A stretch of DNA of 64,000 nucleotides from Anolis carolinensis (taxonomy: Eukaryota): the NCBI RefSeq assembly GCF_035594765.1, contig NC_085843.1, positions 79,027,971 through 79,091,970 of the forward strand, written 5' to 3'. The translations under genes were made by a program, and so were the position numbers. Position 1 is the first letter of the stretch. Each line of letters begins with the position of its first letter. Shown one piece after another: positions 36,002 to 49,357 of this stretch. The notes beneath the pieces are model-generated. The model was not told the origin of the DNA. It did no database searches and was given only the letters and a program-made list of their open reading frames with translations.

Positions 36002-39000
36002 TTCGGCAGTGTAGACGTGGGCCCAAAGGAGTTGCCATTGGGTTGGGTTGGCAACCTTAACCCCTGGCCACCCCAGATGTGGTACTTTGGCCCCACACTG
36101 AGAAGAATGACACCTCTTTTGTGTCCTTTGTTGTTTTGGTGTCAGTCATGGCCTCCCTGACAAGCCAGAAGTCAGTCACCTCCAACAGATCTCTTTGCTT
36201 TTCTATTCCCTGGAGTTATTTCCAAGTGGAGCCTTTGGGATTCATCAGAAACAGCATGGACTGCTTAGGGAAAATCTCATTGAAATCAGGGGCCCGATGG
36301 TGGTGGTTTTCTAGTCCTTTTTCCTGTCTTTGGCACCACTTTGGGTAGAAATCAAGCCCTAAACATGTTTCAGTAATCTATGGTTTTAAAAATATTTTTG
36401 AACATGAGTTCCAAAAAGCAAGTCAGATCCATGTATTTCTGTCCTTTTCTATCATTTTGATGTTCTGTGTGAGTTATATAAAAAGGTGATGTAAATACTT
36501 CCCAGTGTTAGTATTATTTTTCTCATCAATCTGATAAATATCATACTCAGAACAACAAGGCCTCTGGGATGGTCACTTGTTGCAGTATATTTGTAGTTTG
36601 GTTACTGTTTGCTCCTCTTCTCTAAAGGAAGCATTTCTGCTTATAAGCCTTCGTTCGGTAAACACTTCCCTTTTGAAATTTAATTTAAGCTGCTCTATCC
36701 AAGCGGGGATGGTATTTGCACATGTTGCTTTGGATGCGGTGCTGTGATTGGAGGAAAGAAGGAGCTGTTGTGTAACTGTCAGATATTTTTTTCAAATCAA
36801 AAGGTATGGCTTCTTGCATAGCAGCTCACCCTTTTGTGTGGGCAGGCAGCTCATTTGCTTGCTAAGTACAGTGTTGCACACAGTCACATTTGCAACTCAC
36901 ATTCACATTGCATCGTCAACAGGGCATCTGAATGTGTTTGTCAGAAATTAGCTAGTGTAGTTCTATACTGGAAAACAGTATTGTGCCAGGAAATGATTTC
37001 ATTTCTAGTGTTTAAAATGTCACCTGCTTTTAGTCTCCCTAATCACCATTTGGAGTGAGAAAGTCACATCTGCTTGTAAATAAACATTGGTCACAAATGG
37101 TTTTCTTATGTCTACAAGGAAAGTTACCAAATATTACTCAGTTTGTCAATAAAGTCTAAATCTTTTGTCGGATTGCGAACACACAATCTTTAGGGATAGG
37201 CCCTGTTTACTTGCAGTAAAACAGGTGATGCTGTCTAGCAGTGGAAGGCTGAGGCCTAACCTTTTCCATGAAATCTTATGCCGTAATACATTTGTTAATG
37301 ATCAAGATGTTCCCTATCTTTTTAGGCCAATCTTGTGGAACTGTATGTTTCAGAATTCGTATTGCTTTTGCTTTTTTTCCCCATGGATCATTCATATATC
37401 ATCTAACAGGGAGTGATTCTATTAGCTCACTGTATTTGTTCCTTTCCTTTGAAAAGGTGCAGCTCTTATATCAAAGCCTTTTTTTTTTTTGCTCCTTTTC
37501 GCAGGGCATTGCCAGTATATAAGAAATGAAAACACAGTATGTTGATCTTTGAAAGCCTCTAAAAGTTGGTTTCGACATGATTGAGAATGATCTGTATGCT
37601 TACAGGATTTCTAGTCACTTCCTTGGAAATCTAGTACCATAGATTACAGATGGCCTTACTGAGATATACTGCACTGTCTTCATGTGTTTTTAAGAACCTT
37701 ATCTGCAAAATTAATGCAAAACCAATTAATCTGGAGTGGAGGTGAGGAGATGATTGCTCAAGAGATTAGTTGTCAATTCTTATTTAAATCTTACTGAGGA
37801 AAAAACCAGTTAATTGTTCTGCATTGTTATGTGGAAGGTAATCTTCACATTATCTGATTTTGGGGATTCTGTTAAACCTAGACATATAGATGGCTAAACT
37901 TTAGTTTTGGGAAATGTTGCAGTTGTGACTAGAGGTTAAACCTCATAGCCAGAGCCTGTTTTGCACTTAAATAAAAATAAGAAGATACTTATTTCACTTA
38001 AAAGGGAAATAAGAATCGTCAGAAAAAGCTATGGAACACTGCTTTTTAAAAAGTGCTGTCAATAGTTGAAAAAAAAAACTCATAACAATGGTATTTTAGA
38101 AGTAGAGGCAATTCTTGATCTCTCTTGTCCACATTCAGTTTTCAGCTTTTTCATATTTGAGAAGTGCAGTATACAACTCAGACTTCATTTCAGTACTGAT
38201 TTCTTTTCTTTGTTTCTTTGTTTTCAGTCATTTGAATGGATCGTTTAGCAGTCATAAAACCAAAATGGCTTGTTAGGGTATTATTATTTGGGAATTTTAC
38301 AAAATCAACTAGAGAAAGGCATGTGATGAAGGGAGAATGAAGAGGAATGAAAGATCACTCTTTACTTTTATAAACTGATTGGGAACACTACAGTAAAATG
38401 ACAACAATTCTGTTTTCTTTTAAACTTGGTTTTTGTTAGGGAAATGCAATCAAATGAATACATTCATGCATGTGTTCAGAAAACTGGCAACAAAGACGAA
38501 GATAAGGCTTAATCCAGTTTAGTGGCAAAGCATTTGATAAAGCATTTGTACTCATTATAACAAATCAGCTACGCCCCATACATCTGCTTTCATGGCATTC
38601 TCTGGGAGCCTTGTATATTGACTGCACGTATTCAAGCCTTACCGCAATTCCATCAACTAGAGGTTTAAGAGAATTAGTCAAGAAACCTCACATTATTGTA
38701 TTCCCAGCACTACTGAGAATCACTTCCCCCTACTGTACTGGAACCTGACTGAGAGCTTTTTAAACATCATCCTTTAAAGGGCTTGTAAAAATGGTGTACA
38801 GATGCCCAGCCTGAAAAGTTGTAGACATTGACTTTCAGTGTGTTAGCAGCTCAAGGAAATATACAGGATCCAAGTTTTCTGACCCAGACAGAGTGGACAA
38901 ACACTGCAGAATTGATGCTGTTTGTCATCATTTTAACTGCTATGGCTCAATGTTATAAGATCAAAGGTGAGGCACCTGCGCTCTTTGGCAGAGAAGACTG

Positions 39001-39591
39001 TAGACTTCTCTGAGCCTACAGTATTGGCAGTTGGTTCTGTATATGGGCTGACCACCTAGACAGGTGAAAATCTTCTTTCAGCTTGGGTATGAATGAATGA
39101 ATTTTATTGTTACAGTCACAAACCAAAAGTGTAAAACTTTAAAACATTGAAAACAGAGTTTGGGTAGGAATTGATACAGGCTAAATTAATCTAGGACTGG
39201 ATTTCTGAAATTCAGTTGGTATCTTCACTTTGCCTTGTAGCTTTTGTAGGTCTGTTGTGGTTATTGGAGTAAATAAGGGTGGAATTAGAGTTTGCTTAAC
39301 TGGAGAACCATAGATTGTATCTTACTTGTGGCTCAGAAAATCTGGAGCCAAGATTGATAAAAAGCATCTCCACCCTAAAGCATATGCCTTTAAGTAATGA
39401 GTAGCAATACTCAGATCTTTTCTATGGAAATTTAACCAATATGAGAAAGATATTGTTCCAATCAAAATACTGTGTGTGTGTGTGTGTTCTATATATTCAA
39501 GTTGCCTGTCGTCTTACGGTGACCTCATGAATTTCATGGTGTTTTCTTAGGCAAAGTATGCTCAGATGTGGTTTTGCCAATTCCTTCCTTT

Positions 39592-40211
39592 TAGGCCCCT
39601 TCTACACTGCCATATAAAATCTAGATTGTCAGCTGGATTATATGGCAGTGTAGATTCATATAATCCAGTTCAAAGCAGATAATGTGGATTATCTGCTTTG
39701 ATAACCTGGATTCTATGGCAGTGTAGAAGGGGCCCTAGATGAACAATTATAATTTGCATAGAAGGGGCAAAAGATAACGAGAATGCAGGCTGAATAGAGC
39801 TAATAATTTACATATGTTTCCCAATTTGTTACAAATTCAAACTGTTGGGAGTTTCTAATTGGTTTTAAGAGATTGTCTTCCATAAAACTACTACTGAAAA
39901 GAAATTCTCCAAGGGCCCTTCTACACTGCCATATAATCCAGAATATCAAGGAAGATCCACATTGTCTACTTTGAATTGGAATATCGGAGACCACACTGCC
40001 ATACGATCCAGTTCAAAGCAGAGAATTTGGATTTTATACAGCTGTGTAGAAGGCACCTTAAGCCCCTTCTTCCCTGCCCTGTATCCCAGGATCTGATCCC
40101 AGACTATCTGCTTTAAACTGGATTATATGAGTCTCCACTGCCAAATAATCTGGGATAAGTAGATAATCTGGGATCAGATCCTGGAATATAGAGGCAGTGT
40201 GGAAGGAGTCT
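39592..40211. mobile_element. Cluster of three palindromic Harbinger-like MITEs in intron 1
   Basis: Copies at about 39592-39737, 39911-40040 and 40041-40211. Confidence 0.8.
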
Positions 40212-40736
40212 ATGACAAACTGTTCATAATGTCCATATGATGATTAGTTTAACTAGCAGTATCATTTTCAGGTATTTTAAACTCTTTCAGTCTAAAGACG
40301 TCAATCGATTCCAGTGATAGAAACGAAGGGGTCACTCTACATGTACTTACGTATTTGGATAGTAAATAGAAAGTACAGAGAAGATGAAATACAGCAACCC
40401 TATGAGATGCATTAGGTTGAGCTCCTGGGAAAGATGTTGAGTAGGTTGGGCAAAATTTGAACATTGCCTGTCTTCCAAATTCTTGAGAAATTCCCCACAA
40501 TTTCAAGGAAGTTTCATGAGGTGGGGTATTGGACCTTAAATGTGGTGGTATTGTTGCTATAATTTTGTGCAACTGAAAGAACTAAATTTGCCTCAGTTTA
40601 ATGTGGCACACTGTAATACCCATGAATGCCCTCTTTGTATGCTATAAAGGCCAAAAAGTGTAGGTATAAATGGAGACTGTGTGTCTTATTGTTTCTATCA
40701 ATAAACAGTCCCTATGAATTTTGTTTTCTTGTTTAG

Positions 40737-40808
40737 ATGAGTGACTTTGGACTCAAGAACATGGACCAAGTAGCACCTGTATGCAGTGCTTATAGAGGAC
40801 TGCTCAAG
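40737..40808 (+). CDS. ETS2: ETS2 exon 2 (first coding): MSDFGLKNMDQVAPVCSAYRGLLK
   Basis: tttag|ATG...AAG|gtaagg; matches the ETS2 N-terminus; 72 nt. Confidence 0.95.
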
Positions 40809-41246
40809 GTAAGGCATTAATAAAATTCTCAATAATAGGTAGTTTAATCTTTGCACAAAGCATATCACTTGGATGCATTGCATTTGCAGGTAGTAGAGAG
40901 AGTATGCATTGTGGGAAAACTATTCCATCAGCAGCAATACTTTCCAGTCACTGTGAAAGGAAGGCTGCTTACCTAGTGAATTCAGTGAAACTATAAATGT
41001 TTTAAGATGCGAGAGAAAATAATAGTTAAAGAAATAGGTTTTTTAATTTGTTTATATACTAAAATCTGAATTCTAACCGGACATCTCAGTAAAAGAGTTG
41101 CATAAACTAAACACATTGCTGGAATAGCCAAAGGTTTAATATGGCAATGTTCAAGTTGTATTTGTATATGCAGTTGGATTTTATGTACACCAGAGTAGTA
41201 TTTAATCGAGAGGATGTTAGACTTCAGTTTCCATCATCAGCATGAT

Positions 41247-41493
41247 GGAGCCCTCGGTGGAGTAGTGGATTAAAGCCTTGTGACTTGAAGGTTGGGTTGC
41301 TGACCTGAAGGCTGCCAGGTTCGATTCCCACCCGGGGAGAGCACGGATGAGCTCCCTCGATCAGCTCCATCTCCAAGGATGATAAAAACATCAAAACATC
41401 TGGGCGTCCCCTGGGCAACGTCCTTGCAGACGGCCAATTCTCTCACACCACAAGCGACTCAGGTTGCTCCTGACACACAAAAAAAAAAAAAAA
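41247..41493 (+). mobile_element. Anolis SINE2-like element with internal deletion
   Basis: Poly-A tail; TSD cagcatgatgg (41238-41248, 41495-41505). Confidence 0.88.
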
Positions 41494-41551
41494 CCAGCAT
41501 GATGGGCAGCGTGACCACTGATCACATATGATGAGAAGTGTTATAAAGATA

Positions 41552-42599
41552 CAGTAGATTCTCAGTTAACTGGAAATCAAGAAAATGGAACTCTCAAGCA
41601 ACTGGCAAAAAGTGATACTTTATTATTATTATGTTTTTTTTAAAAAAATTATAATACAGTAAATCAGAAACTCTTGTTACATTAAGTTATATTTGTCTTT
41701 ATTTGCCTTTAATTACTGTATTTCAATATTAATACAAGTCAATATAGAATTTGTGATATGGTATTGTATTAGTTAGGCCTATTTTTAATAGTAACTCTCA
41801 AAAAACCAGAAACTATTGGAAATTGCAACCTTCTTCAGTTATTTGTTATGTATATAATTCAGATTGCTTTCTGTATTGTATATGTGTATATTGGTATGCA
41901 GTTTTCCTTAACTCTTTGTTGTGGGAGAGGCTACAGACCATGTGATCAGAACTGGGATTGTTCAGGACTTAGACTCCATTTTAGATCTCAGACTCAGTTG
42001 GACTTTCAGACTATGAGATATGCTTTGAACTTTGGGTTGTTGGTTATACGAAAGATGTCCTGTGTTACCTACACAGAGAAACTACTTCAAATCTATTTGT
42101 AACTGGATTGATATGCAAAGTGCCTATATGCTGAATACATGAAGTTTGTGAATAAATCAACTATGTTACTTTAAAAGATGTTACTATGCTACTTTTAAAG
42201 ACGTCTACTTCTTTTTGTCTCTTGAGAGCATCATTTAAAGGCAAATATATTTCAAGGGAGATGTTTCTGGGCAACTAAAAGAACATTCCTGAAACTCTAA
42301 TATATATGTGTGTGTGTATTTTGTGCATTGGCATATCTTTGTCTCTAACAGTTCAAAGTGATAACTAGGTACATCAGTTTAACAGCTGAGAAACCTAATT
42401 GTCTTGCATAAATGCCATTTTCCCAAAAGGTTATGGCACAATTTTAAAAAAGATTTTGACTTCTGATAAGGTCAGGTCATGCCTTTCCAAATATCATAAA
42501 ATCTCCAGAAGGTTAAGGAAATTTCCATCTTCCAAAATAAACTATTTTTTATCCCGCATCTACAATCCCCATGGGTGCTGGTTAACTGAGAGTCCACTG
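41552..42599. mobile_element. Tigger-like element with internal insertion
   Basis: TA-flanked TIRs cagtagattctcagttaac / gttaactgagagtccactg. Confidence 0.75.
41844..42350 (+). mobile_element. Possible solo LTR
   Basis: TGTTA...TAACA ends, AATAAA at 42151, short agact repeats; no clean TSD. Confidence 0.4.
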
Positions 42600-44189
42600 T
42601 ATATACAAAATGTTAACTTATAGTTTAAAAACTCAGCTTTGTCTACTTTTGGCATGCATTGACATGATAACGTTATCTATTAAAATCCCACTATGGTTTC
42701 TGTGGTTCACAACTTTGGATTCTTGTCAGTGCTACTTAAAACTCAAAATGTCCAAGGCACTGTTTGCAGAATGTTTTGCAGAAATTGCCCTAACTTAGTA
42801 AGAACTTGTGAAGAGGTTGTATTTCCCCTTAGGCCAGCCACATAATAATATAAATGTAGGCCTTGTAATAGATGCTTATTAACCTGGGCTGTGTTGTACA
42901 CTACGCTCGCTGGCCTGGCCATGTGACAAAGCATATTAGAGGCATAATGGTTGACTCATATCAGCCTTTGGGGCACAGTTCCATCATTGTATGGCTGTTC
43001 CCAGTATTTCAGGATTTCTCAATGAGTGCTATTTTCCACTACTCTTTAGCAATTTTGGCACAGAAAATGAAATTGTGTTGCTCATGAGTTTGGTAGGCTT
43101 TCATGCATGCAGCTATTCAACAGACTCACTATACAGTTTAGTTTCATGTTTTAAAAATGCAGCTTAATGTTTAAAGTACAGTGTCCCTTTTACTCATCCA
43201 TATAAAGCTACATTTTTTCCAGTGACTCAGTGTAAGGGTCACTTATTTATACAAAACACAGGAGTTTCCAGATTATGTTGAAAGAGCTTGGCCTTTCCCC
43301 TAGGTACTGGTGATGACTCATATCTTTTATCTAATAACACTGGGGAAGGGGGGGGGCTATCGTGTGAGAAGGCTAGACAGCTGGCTTATAATTAATCTGA
43401 TGTAACCATTAATCAAGAGAGTTTGGGATCCTTAATGTTGTAGTTTTTATGCCTATATATGAACAGTTTCTTTGTCCTGGGATAAATCATTTTGACTACA
43501 TTACGTTTAGAGTTTCTACTCCTGAAATCAACCATTAGAGATCCTTATCTGAGAAATATATTTTATTCATGTCACCACCTCCATGATCTTTCTTCAAAGA
43601 AGGTGGGGAGTCGGTACAAAACATCCTGAATTGGCAAACAATTCTTGAAATGCTGCTGTCATCACAAAGAAAAACAATGCAGCATGAAACAGTCCTATAC
43701 TTGCATACCTGATAGTAATCCTCTTCAAACTCAGAGAAGCTTACTTGAATAAGCAAGCATGTATGGAGTTACATTGTAAAAGGTTTTTAACAGGGGAACA
43801 CACATAGTATCGGTTGAAAGTCAAACACATTTTTCTTGGTAAAGCCACTTAAACCATTAGCCTCCTAACACGCTACTTACATCTGTTTTTAAACAAATTA
43901 GAAAGTAACTTTAATCCTTTCTCTCAATGGTCCTAGGACTGCAACAAAGATTGTATTGCTGTCTTTTTCCTCCTTGTGTGTCTTAAGTTTTGTTTAACGA
44001 TATTTTACAAACATGTGGCACATCTGTATTAGACATGTTACTGTGCACACAGGTCTTTCTGTGTTCTGATACATTTGTTTGTAAAACATCTGTTTGATTT
44101 TTTTTAAAGAAAACAAATACTTTAAGTATTTATATGTTTTTAAATTTTGTATAATTTTTTTATTAAGTATTGTTAACTGTTTTAAATGC

Positions 44190-44282
44190 GTTGCTTGATT
44201 TTATTGAATTTTGCCAATTCTGTAAGCCGCCTTGAGTCCCCTTGGGTGAGAAAGGTGGGGTAGAAATGTAAATAAATAAATA
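44190..44282 (+). mobile_element. L2-type 3' tail
   Basis: tgtaagccgccttgagtcccc...gtaaataaataaa. Confidence 0.65.
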
Positions 44283-45567
44283 CATTTATAGGTTGAGGTT
44301 TTAATTACAATACAGTCCCTGTATCCATGGGGCATATATTCTAGGACTTTGCATGGATATGCAAAATCATGAGTGATAGGGAACCCTATTGAGCAAACAA
44401 CATCTGGTGGAGTCACATTAGAGGACCTAGGAAATGCCTAGAGGGGATATATTTTGTCAGAAAGGAACTGTGGGTACGGGTCCCACAGATCGTACTGTAT
44501 TCCTGCATGGCAGAGTTTAAACTCAATGGCATTTGTGGTCTCTTCCAGATCTATGACATTAATTGGCCAAAATGGCCATGGTCTCCAAAAGCAATGGTTC
44601 CGAACCTTTGGTCCTCCAGGTGTTTCAACTTTAGCTCCCATAATTCCTAACAGCTGGGATTTCTGGAAGTTGAAGTCCAAAACAACTGGAGGATCAGAGG
44701 TTGGGCACTACTGTCATAGAGCGTTCTTACCCACATGTACCCCATCAGGTTTCAGGTTCTATTAGTAGAAACTAATAAAAATGCACACGAGACTTGGTCA
44801 ACTTACAGTAAGTCTCCTATTGTATGCATATTCACTCACTATAAGGACTTAATGCAGTATTGTAATTATGAGAGCACTGAGACTTTTAGTAAAATTGGTT
44901 TATTATTAGTGTTTGTAAAATAAGACTTTAGATACAATATACTTATTCTAAGCCACTTTCAACCCCATTCTGGGAGAAAAGCAGAGTTCAAATCAAATAT
45001 AAAAATAATGCATACTGATTTGAATAAAAAAAATACCCTTCAACACCCTAGATTTGTATGTGAGGAATTTCTCAACTAAACTATGGAGTTTTAAGGGAAC
45101 CATCAAATCTTTGTATGTGTTTGGCATTATGGAAAATATATAGTTATGTGAAAAGTCTTCTTAATACAGAACATCAATGTTAGAATTCCTTAATGGTGAT
45201 TTGTATAAATATATTGCACAGATTTTTCAAAATATGTTAGAAAATTATCCCTGTGCTAACTAGTAAATGTAATTTAATTCAGAGTATTATGTGGTGTGGT
45301 GGTCTAAGCATTGGACTCTGACTCCAGAGGCCAGGGTTGAATCCCAGCTCAGCCATGGAAATGCACTAGATGACCTTGGACATGTCACCTTCTCTCAGGT
45401 TCAGAGAATGGCCTTCTGAATAAATTTTATGAAGAAAATGCTGTAACAGGTTCACCTTAGGGTCACCATAAGCTGGAAACAACAATCATATTCCACTTTT
45501 TCAGAAGGTATTAAAGTTGTATTGATGTCCTAAAATATATTAAATTGTATTTTTTCTTTATTTTCAG

Positions 45568-45688
45568 CGGCAGCCTGCGTTTGATAGCTTTGAAGGTGCA
45601 AACTCTCTATTCATGGGATACTTTCCCTCCTTAAATGAAGATCAGACACTTCAGGAAGTGCCCACAGGCCTTGACTCTATTTCTTATG
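45568..45688 (+). CDS. ETS2: ETS2 exon 3: RQPAFDSFEGANSLFMGYFPSLNEDQTLQEVPTGLDSISY
   Basis: ttttcag|CGG...TAT G|gtaaat; 121 nt. Confidence 0.96.
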
Positions 45689-45772
45689 GTAAATACTAGT
45701 TTAATAAACATATCAGATCAGATGGTTAAACTAGGTTATTGGAACATATTGGAACCCTAAGTCCCTCTAAGT

Positions 45773-45906
45773 CAGTGGTTCTCAACCTGTGCTCCCCAGA
45801 TGTTTTGACCTTCAACTCTCAGAAACCCCAACAGCTGGTAAACTAGCTGGGATTTCTGGGAGTTGTAGGCCAAAACACGTGGGGACCCACAGGTTGAGAA
45901 CCACTG
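45773..45906. mobile_element. hAT MITE, intron 3
   Basis: cagtggttctcaacctgtg TIRs; TSD ctctaagt/ctctaagc. Confidence 0.9.
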
Positions 45907-47115
45907 CTCTAAGCTTAGAACCATAACTCGTAAGTCATAAGGAATTGAACACGAATTGGCAGGGAACTCAGAGCTTCTACCAGTGTATAGCATCCATTCA
46001 CAAGTGTCAGCAGGAAATGTCTTGATAGAACATATACTTCCTATAATCAATGTCATCTCATCACTCATTCAAAATACGATTAGATGGGCATCTCATCTTA
46101 CTTGTGCTTGTGGCTCCCTCACAAAATGCATTCATTGATTGACTCCATCAATTGAAATCCATAGGGATGCCATTCCAAACAAAGGAAAATTATAGATTAG
46201 ATCAGAACTTGGAAAGTTTTTTTTGTAACTGAAATTCCAAGAATCTCATCAGCGTCTAAGAACTCACTAAAGTCAACCATATTTTGATTGTGCAAAAGAA
46301 TCTTGTAACCCCTTTGAGACTGAGAGAAAAAGTGGCATCAGCTGTTATAGGCTTAAGTTTAATTCATAAGATGCAGAAGCATGTCTCTATGTCTTTGAAT
46401 TATACCAAATTTTAATTAGTTCATTTTAAATGCCAGTACAGCAGTCAGCGAACATTTCTGGTCAAATTGGCTAGGTGTTTAGCCAAGCCTCATTTTCAAC
46501 TTTAAAATTATGGATGAAAGCATATACCAAGGAAAATCTAGTGATTTAAAAATGATTACAATTCTTTATAAGAAAGGCAAACACTTTTTATCATAGAAAG
46601 TATATTGAATTAAAGTAATCAGGAATGAAGGCAGCAGTCCTTTCCTGAAGAATGGCAAAGTTACAGAACAATGTACAAGTAACTGCTGGGTTTATATAAA
46701 TCAACCTGACCCTGTCTTCTTTTAAAGTTTTTCCGGTACTGAAGTGTTTATTTGCCACTTGCAAAGCAAAATAGCCTTCCTAAAATATGCTGTTTGGCTG
46801 TAGTCATTTATCTGGTGATAGGTTTGAAGGATAGGTTCACAAAGCAGCATGAATATTTCAACTACTCTCACTCATCAGCTACCATTCTATTGGATTTATA
46901 AACAGATGAAGCAAGTTACAGTTTAGGGCCTCATTTTATGATGCATCTGTAAATACTTGCCCATCAGACACACTCAAAGACAACAAAAAATCTCTTAAAA
47001 TAATTCATAATTTGGTGGTAGTGTGGTGGGTAATACTATTCAACTTGACATAATATAACCTCCCAGCATATCTCAATTGACCATGTTTATAACATTCAAT
47101 TTTTTTTCTTTTCAG

Positions 47116-47235
47116 AATCAAATAACTGTGAGTTGCCCCTCTTAACTCCAAGCAGTAAAGCGGTGATGAGTCAAGCTTTAAAAGCAACTTTCAGTGGTTT
47201 TACCAAGGAACAGCGCAGATTGGGCATCCCAAGCA
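47116..47235 (+). CDS. ETS2: ETS2 exon 4 (MAPK site PLLTP, start of PNT domain)
   Basis: ttcag|AA TCA...AGC A|gtaagt; (E)[39 protein letters not shown]; 120 nt. Confidence 0.97.
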
Positions 47236-47624
47236 GTAAGTATGTTTTCTTTCTAGTGTACAAGTTTATGCAGATTGAACAGGAGTGAAAATGAGAGTTT
47301 TTGCCATGTAGGCCCGATTTCCTAAACCTGTTGGCCTGACTCTAATGTGAATAAACCCATCGAATCAATAAGTATTGAGTTACCAAGTCCCCATTGATTT
47401 CTTTTCAAGTTGGGATTATTGTCTTGAGAGCATCACTTGCTAGTAATCTTTGTTTATTTGGGTGGGATTCAAACAATTATATTTAGGCTTGTTGCCTGAA
47501 TTGCTTTACTAGAAGCTTCTCCGAAGTATATGAAATCATATAGGGAAAAGGGGTAGCAATAAGCTTCAGTATTTGCTGTAGGAAATTTCCCTTCTAATGT
47601 TAATTGTTCCCTTACTCCCTACAG

Positions 47625-47825
47625 ATCCATGGTTATGGACCCAGCATCAAGTGTATCAATGGCTTCTCTGGGCTACAAATGAATTTAGTTTGACAAATGT
47701 AAACTTTGAAAGGTTTGCCATGAATGGTCAAGAGTTATGCAACCTGGGAAAGGAGCATTTCTTAGAACTGGCACCTGATTATGTGGGTGATATTCTTTGG
47801 GAACATTTGGAGCAGATGATAAAAG
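47625..47825 (+). CDS. ETS2: ETS2 exon 5 (PNT/SAM domain)
   Basis: acag|AT CCA TGG...AAA G|gtaaat; [22 protein letters not shown]...[21 protein letters not shown]; 201 nt. Confidence 0.98.
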
Positions 47826-48425
47826 GTAAATTGCAAAGCCAAAGTGATGTTTTAACATTTATGTGGATAAGCCTTTAAAGGTTTTACAAATATTGGAAAC
47901 TTAATCAAATATCAGAGGGCAATGTTGACATTTGTTAGATTCTTTATCAAAAGGTCCAGGAATGTGGCCGCCTTTCTTTTTGATACATCTTTTATAATCC
48001 TTTATGCCAAATTCCAAAGCCATAGTGTGGAAATTTCTGTGTGCTTTCTATTTGAACAGACCATGGATTGGATCTGAACCTAGCTATGACTTATGTTTGT
48101 ACACAAATATGACTACTTTAAATCCCATTTAGTTTAAAGAGTATGATCATAAGTATGACCAAGTTGGGATTCTAACTCACATGTATTCAAAAGAGAGCAT
48201 TAGTAATATATATTAATTCCTGTGATACAAGTGGAAAGCTAAGAGAATGCTTAAGTGTTCATTTAGATTTCAGACCATTAAAATATATATTTGTGTGATA
48301 ACATTGGACAAGAGAAAGTTCAGTTATAATGTATAATTATAACAAATACATGACGTATTGCATAACATGTCAAAGCAAATTCTCCTAAGCAATTGTAATT
48401 CAAACAATGTTTGGTTTGTTCATAG

Positions 48426-48509
48426 ACAATGAAGAAAAACCACAGGAACAATATGTAGAAAATTCCCATCTCACTTCATCTCCACACTGGGTCAACAACA
48501 ACACATTAG
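48426..48509 (+). CDS. ETS2: ETS2 exon 6
   Basis: catag|AC AAT...TTA G|gtaagc; (D)NEEKPQEQYVENSHLTSSPHWVNNNTL; 84 nt. Confidence 0.93.
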
Positions 48510-49114
48510 GTAAGCTTTTTAATTAGGCAAATTGTCTTTACTCAAATAAGTAAAAACTGAACAGAGATGTATAATTTAATACAATTTAATAATCTGAATA
48601 TGGTGATTTAAATCATTGGCAAAAGACATAAATTGAATCAATTCAAATTACTGTTTTTTGAAAGTTGTGGGAATTGTTAAAGCAAATATGGGAACCTTTG
48701 GCCCTCCAGCTGTTTTAGATAAATCTTCCAGAGCATTAGCTGTGTTATGAGTGGAATTGATGGAAACTGTAGGGCAGACTATTTGGGGTGACAAAATTCC
48801 CTAATATTAATGCAAGTGCTCACAAAACCAAGAAGAAGTACCAGGCTGATTACATCTATATTTCATCTGATCTGCAGTTTCAAAAACTTATTAGTTATGA
48901 ACCATAGTAATTTGAAGAAAACATTAGTGTCTTTGTGTGGCAAAGATTGATACCAGTGAGATTTTCTCCACTTAATGCTTAAAAATAAATGGCAAATATT
49001 TGCAATAATTTTAGGCCCACATATGTATTCCTCTATTTGGGAAGGAGCTACCATTCTAGAGTCCGTAAGAAGAACTGTTGACTGAAAATCAAATTGCATT
49101 TTTTGTGTTTTTAG

Positions 49115-49357
49115 GTACTGACATTGATCAATCCCAGTACTGTGCTCAAGTACCCAGCTATCCAAAAACCTTAAGCTATCCAAAAACCAGCCTTCTAAGT
49201 GACTTATGCCAGACATCAACTGGACAAAATCTTATTAACTTGAAGCAAGAATATCAGATGTTTCCTAAAGCACAGCTAGAAACAGTCGGCATGAATTATT
49301 GCTCCATGAGTCAGGACTTTGCAAGAAACAGCCTGAACATGCTGTTGGATAACTCAA
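49115..49357 (+). CDS. ETS2: ETS2 exon 7 (transactivation region)
   Basis: ttag|GT ACT...TCA A|gtaagt; (G)TDIDQSQYCAQVPSYPKTLSYPKTSLL...NMLLDNS; 243 nt. Confidence 0.93.
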
